NCBI GenBank assembly: GCA_030390025.1
Contig: CM059432.1
Span: 58,654,001-58,718,000, forward strand
DNA length: 64,000 bases
Direction of reading: 5' to 3'
From: Squalus acanthias
Taxonomy: Eukaryota
The position numbers and the translations under genes were made by a program. Positions 60,342-64,000 of this stretch are shown in pieces (the first letter of the stretch is position 1; each line of letters begins with the position of its first letter). The notes below the pieces were generated by a model. That model was given only the letters and a program-made list of their open reading frames with translations, ran no database searches and was not told the origin of the DNA.

Positions 60342-61212
60342 GTGTGCTGCAGTTGTAGTTATAGTTGTCCTTGGCTGGTAAAAGAAAATACTTTATATTC
60401 TACTGGGTTTGTTACTTCTTTGAAATTTTCTGGGGTTTTTATCTTTCTGGAAGTGATTAAAAGTTCTTTAATTCAGAATGAAAGGATCAAGGTCAAAGCT
60501 ACATCTTTATTTGTGGGGTGGTGGGGGGTGAAGTCTGTCTGTCTGTCTGTATGGACGCGCACCCATTGGTTTATTGACTGGCAAATCCTTACAAGCTTCC
60601 TGCTATAGTAGCACCACTTGAGATCCGGAGGCAATAGAGTATTTGTACTACTAGTTTTCCATTTCCTATTTTAATGAGTGTTTCTGCCTTAAAGTTGTAG
60701 CCTTGACCTTGATCCCTTTATTCTGAATTCCAAAGAAGTAACTAACTCACTAATTAGAGTACAGGAAACTTTCGTTTATCCGGCACCCAAATATCCGGAA
60801 TTCTCGCTTAACCGGCAAAAATCAGGTAAGTTTATTAACAGACAAGACCCCGATCTGACCTTTCGCCCCCACGAAAGGGGGTGTCAACGTTCTTCCGACA
60901 TCGAGACCTGTCGCCGCCACGGAGGAAAAAGCCAGAGTCTCGTTTACTTTCCCTCTCCGGGTCCCAATTGTTAAGCCTGTGGCCGTGGTACGGACTCTGT
61001 ACCTGGTAAGTATACCTCTCTGTAATCCGGCACTTTCGATCAACCGGCACCACGCCGGTGCTGGATAAACGAAAGTTTCCTGTATAAAGTCTTTTATTAT
61101 ACCAGCCAAAGGACACAATAATTACAATTCGAACACTAGATAACAGAGGATCTTCACATAAAGTCTTTTATTTTACCAGCCAAGGACAACTATAATTACA
61201 ATTGCGGAACAC
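60342..61212. mobile_element. Unclassified fold-back element with ~55-bp terminal and ~39-bp inner inverted repeats
   Basis: 60342-60397 is complementary to 61158-61212; 60470-60508 to 60691-60730. Confidence 0.6.
60762..61082 (+). mobile_element. Tc1/mariner-pogo type MITE, copy 4, different interior
   Basis: First ~62 bp identical to copy 1, TA TSD, unrelated ~180-bp core. Confidence 0.88.
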
Positions 61213-62309
61213 TAGATAACAGAGGATCTTCACAAAGCTAACTACAGCTCTACTTTCTGTAGGCTGCCTGACGAGACTGGATCAAATTACACATTGCAGA
61301 GTACTCTACAGCAGGCAGGATCAAATTACACATTCTAGACAAACTGGCTGGACCAATCTGAAATCTGGTGCAATCCACTTGTGTTGCAAATAAACACAGC
61401 CATTCTGAAGGGTGAGACAGACTGTTTTATTACTTAACAGTCCATGAATCAGGTCTTGTTATTGAGGAACATTGATGAAAGACCAAGGCTCAAGATAGTA
61501 CTGGACTGAATAACTGCCCATTTCTTTGAAATGATTTCCCATAGTAGGGATTTTCTGTCATCCGGTACTGTGTGCGTGTGCTCCTGCTGGGAGCACCAGA
61601 TCCCTCCTTTTGACTGAAATCTACTTGGTGAATGCTTTAATTGCTACAGAATTGACTTTTTTTAATTGCTCTTGCCAGTTTAGAGAAATCCTGGGTTCCA
61701 AGTAATGATGGGTGGGATTACTCTTAGTGAGCTCCATCTACCTTGTAGGCATTCCAGACCAACTATTATGATGTTTTGGCTCCAGTTTTATAGCTCTTTT
61801 GATTCTTGCGTTTTTTACAGGTGAAAAGAAACAGGCTTTTGATGGTTACAGCCACTTTAAAAAGTGCAGTTTATGAACGATGCTATGTAATAAAAATACC
61901 TGTGGTTTTTAATGATCTTATCTGAGGGAATGAGAACAAGGGGAAATGCCTTCCTTCAGTGATCTTCACCTGTATGCAAACTAATGAGAGTAAAGCTGTA
62001 TCAAGCTGTCCTTTTTTTTGCTTTTGAAATGTTTTAATTAATTTTGCTTCCCTGCTTCCTCCACTTTTTTGACTTTTTGGCACATACTGTATTCACTACA
62101 GAATTGACATTCTCTAGAATGGCTCTTTCTAGTTTAGAACTATCCTGGATTTCAGGTGGTAATAGCATCAAAGTACCAGGCTCCTTATGTGACAACCTCC
62201 TTGCCCTCAAAAGGAAACTTGGGCTCCATTGCTTAGTATGTGCAAAATGTTTCCACTAAGATTGAGACCTTGCAAGGAAAGTAATCTAACTACTGTTTGT
62301 TAATCTAAT

Positions 62310-63000
62310 GCTGCTTGTCAGTCATCCAATATTGGATGAGCAGAAATTTCCTCCAACTAAATGTTGGGATGACCAAAGCCATTGTCTTCAGTTCCTGCCA
62401 CAAACTCTGACTCCATCCCTCTACCTGGCAACTGTGTGAGGGTGAACCAGATTGTTCACGACCTTGGTGTTGTATTTGACCCCGAGATGAGTTTCCGACT
62501 CAATATCCTCTCAATCACCAAGACCGCCTACTTCCACCTCCGTAACATTGGCTGTCTCCGCCCCTGCCTCCGCTCAGATGCTGAAACCCTTATCCATGCC
62601 TTTGTTACCTCTAGACTCAACTATTCCAATGCTCTCCTGGCCGGCCTCCCACCTTGCACCCTCTAAACTTGAGCTCATCCAAAACTCTGCTGCTTGTATC
62701 CTAACTTGCACCAAGTCCCGTTCACCCATCACCCCTGTGCTTACTGACTACATTGGCTCCCAGTCCAGCAATGCCTCTTTAAATATTCTAATCCTTTTTT
62801 TCAAATTTCTCCATGGCCTCACCCCTCCCTATCTCTGTAACCTTTTGCAGCATTACAACACTCAGATCTCTGTGCTCCTCCAATTCTGGCCTCTTGCGCA
62901 CTCCCCGATTTTCATCACCACCATTGGTGGCTGTGCCTTCAGCTGTCTAGGCCCTAAGCTCTGGAATTCCCTCCCTAAACTTCTCCACCTCTCCTCCTTT
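62310..63000 (+). mobile_element. L2 LINE fragment
   Basis: DLGVVFDPEMSF..ITKTAYFHLRNI..AETLIHAFVTSRLNYSNALLAG. Confidence 0.9.
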
Positions 63001-63001
63001 G

Positions 63002-64000
63002 GAGACAGTGGTGAAAACGGGGAATTATACGGTAAGCCTGACCGGTAGTGGGGAAAATGCTAGAGTCCATTATAAAGGATGTAATAGCTGAGCACTTGAA
63101 AAGCAGTGACAGGATTGGACAAAGTCAACATGGATTTACAAAAGATAAATCATGCTTGACTAATCTACTGGAATTTTTTGAGTATGTAACTGGGAAAATA
63201 GATAAGGGAGAACCAGTGGATGTGGTGTATTTGGACTTTCAAAAGGCTTTCGATAAGGTCCCGTATAAGAGATTAGCGTGTAAAGTTAAGGCACATGGGA
63301 TTGGGGGCAAGGTATTGACTTGGATAGAGAACTGGTTGATGGACAGAAAGCAGAGAGTAGGAATTAATGGGTCTTTTTCCGAGTGGCAGGCAGTGACTAG
63401 TGGGGTACTGCAGGGATCGGTCCTTGGACCCCAGCTATTCACAATATACATTAATGATCTAGATAAGGGAACTAAATGTAATATCTCCAAGTTTGCAGAT
63501 GAGACAAAGCTGGGTGGGTGTGTGTGCTGCGAGGAGGATACCGAGAAACTCCAGGATGATTTGGACAGGTTGGGTGAGTGGGCAGAAGCGTGGCAGATGC
63601 AATATAATGTGGATAAATGCGAGGTTGTCCACTTTGGTGTCAAAAACAGAAAGGCAGACTATTATCTGAATGGCAATAGATTGGGAGAAGGGGAAGTGCA
63701 ACGAGACCTGGGTGTCCTTGTGCACCAGTCGCTGAAGGTAAGCATGCAGGTGCAGCAGGCGGTGAAGAAGGCAAATGGTATGTTGGCCTTCATAGCGAGA
63801 GGATTTGAGTATAGGAACAGGGATGTCCTGCTGCAGTTGTACAGGGCCTTGGTGAGACCACACCTTGAGTGCAGTTTTGGTTGCCTTATCTGAGGAAGGA
63901 TGTTCTTGCCATGGAAGGAGTTCAGCGAAGATTCACAAGGCTGGTACCTGGGATGGCAGGAATGACATATGAGGAGAGATTGGGTCGATTGGGCTTATAC
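63002..64000 (+). mobile_element. CR1 LINE RT region, runs off the window (ORF 63048-63893)
   Basis: SQHGF, DVVYLDFQKAFDKVP, QGSVLGPQLF, KFADE. Confidence 0.93.

Noticed and set aside
61821..61925. Coding exon continuing the 46451/51464 peptide
   Set aside because: Good acceptor but no strong donor, all frames stop within ~105 nt, peptide not recognised

Overview
Repeat-saturated vertebrate genomic DNA, most likely from a cartilaginous fish (HE1/V-SINE-type SINEs, abundant CR1 LINEs with esterase ORF1, L2 tails). Most of the window is nested transposable elements: two CR1-clade LINE families, L2 fragments, about 11 PIF/Harbinger elements (one 4.5-kb copy with an intact 386-aa DDE transposase and a 3-exon Myb/SANT gene), a young Gypsy LTR retrotransposon inside a near full-length CR1, four TA-flanked Tc1/mariner-pogo MITEs, a hAT MITE and a Penelope-type fold-back carrying a minimal hammerhead ribozyme. 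The only host-like signal is a CpG-rich promoter near 46.0-46.4 kb with candidate small exons; no host protein could be named. Best leads: (1) the Gypsy element has no tRNA-type PBS but a perfect 11-nt complement to its own LTR, suggesting self-priming; (2) Harbinger insertions share a RANWC-[3-bp TSD]-GWNTY target, and three sit in CR1 (ATGACTCT)n tails, which form arrays of that target; (3) the hammerhead palindrome; (4) a CR1 rearranged as B / inverted A / C. All calls are from reading the sequence; no database searches were run, and boundaries of old fragments are approximate.
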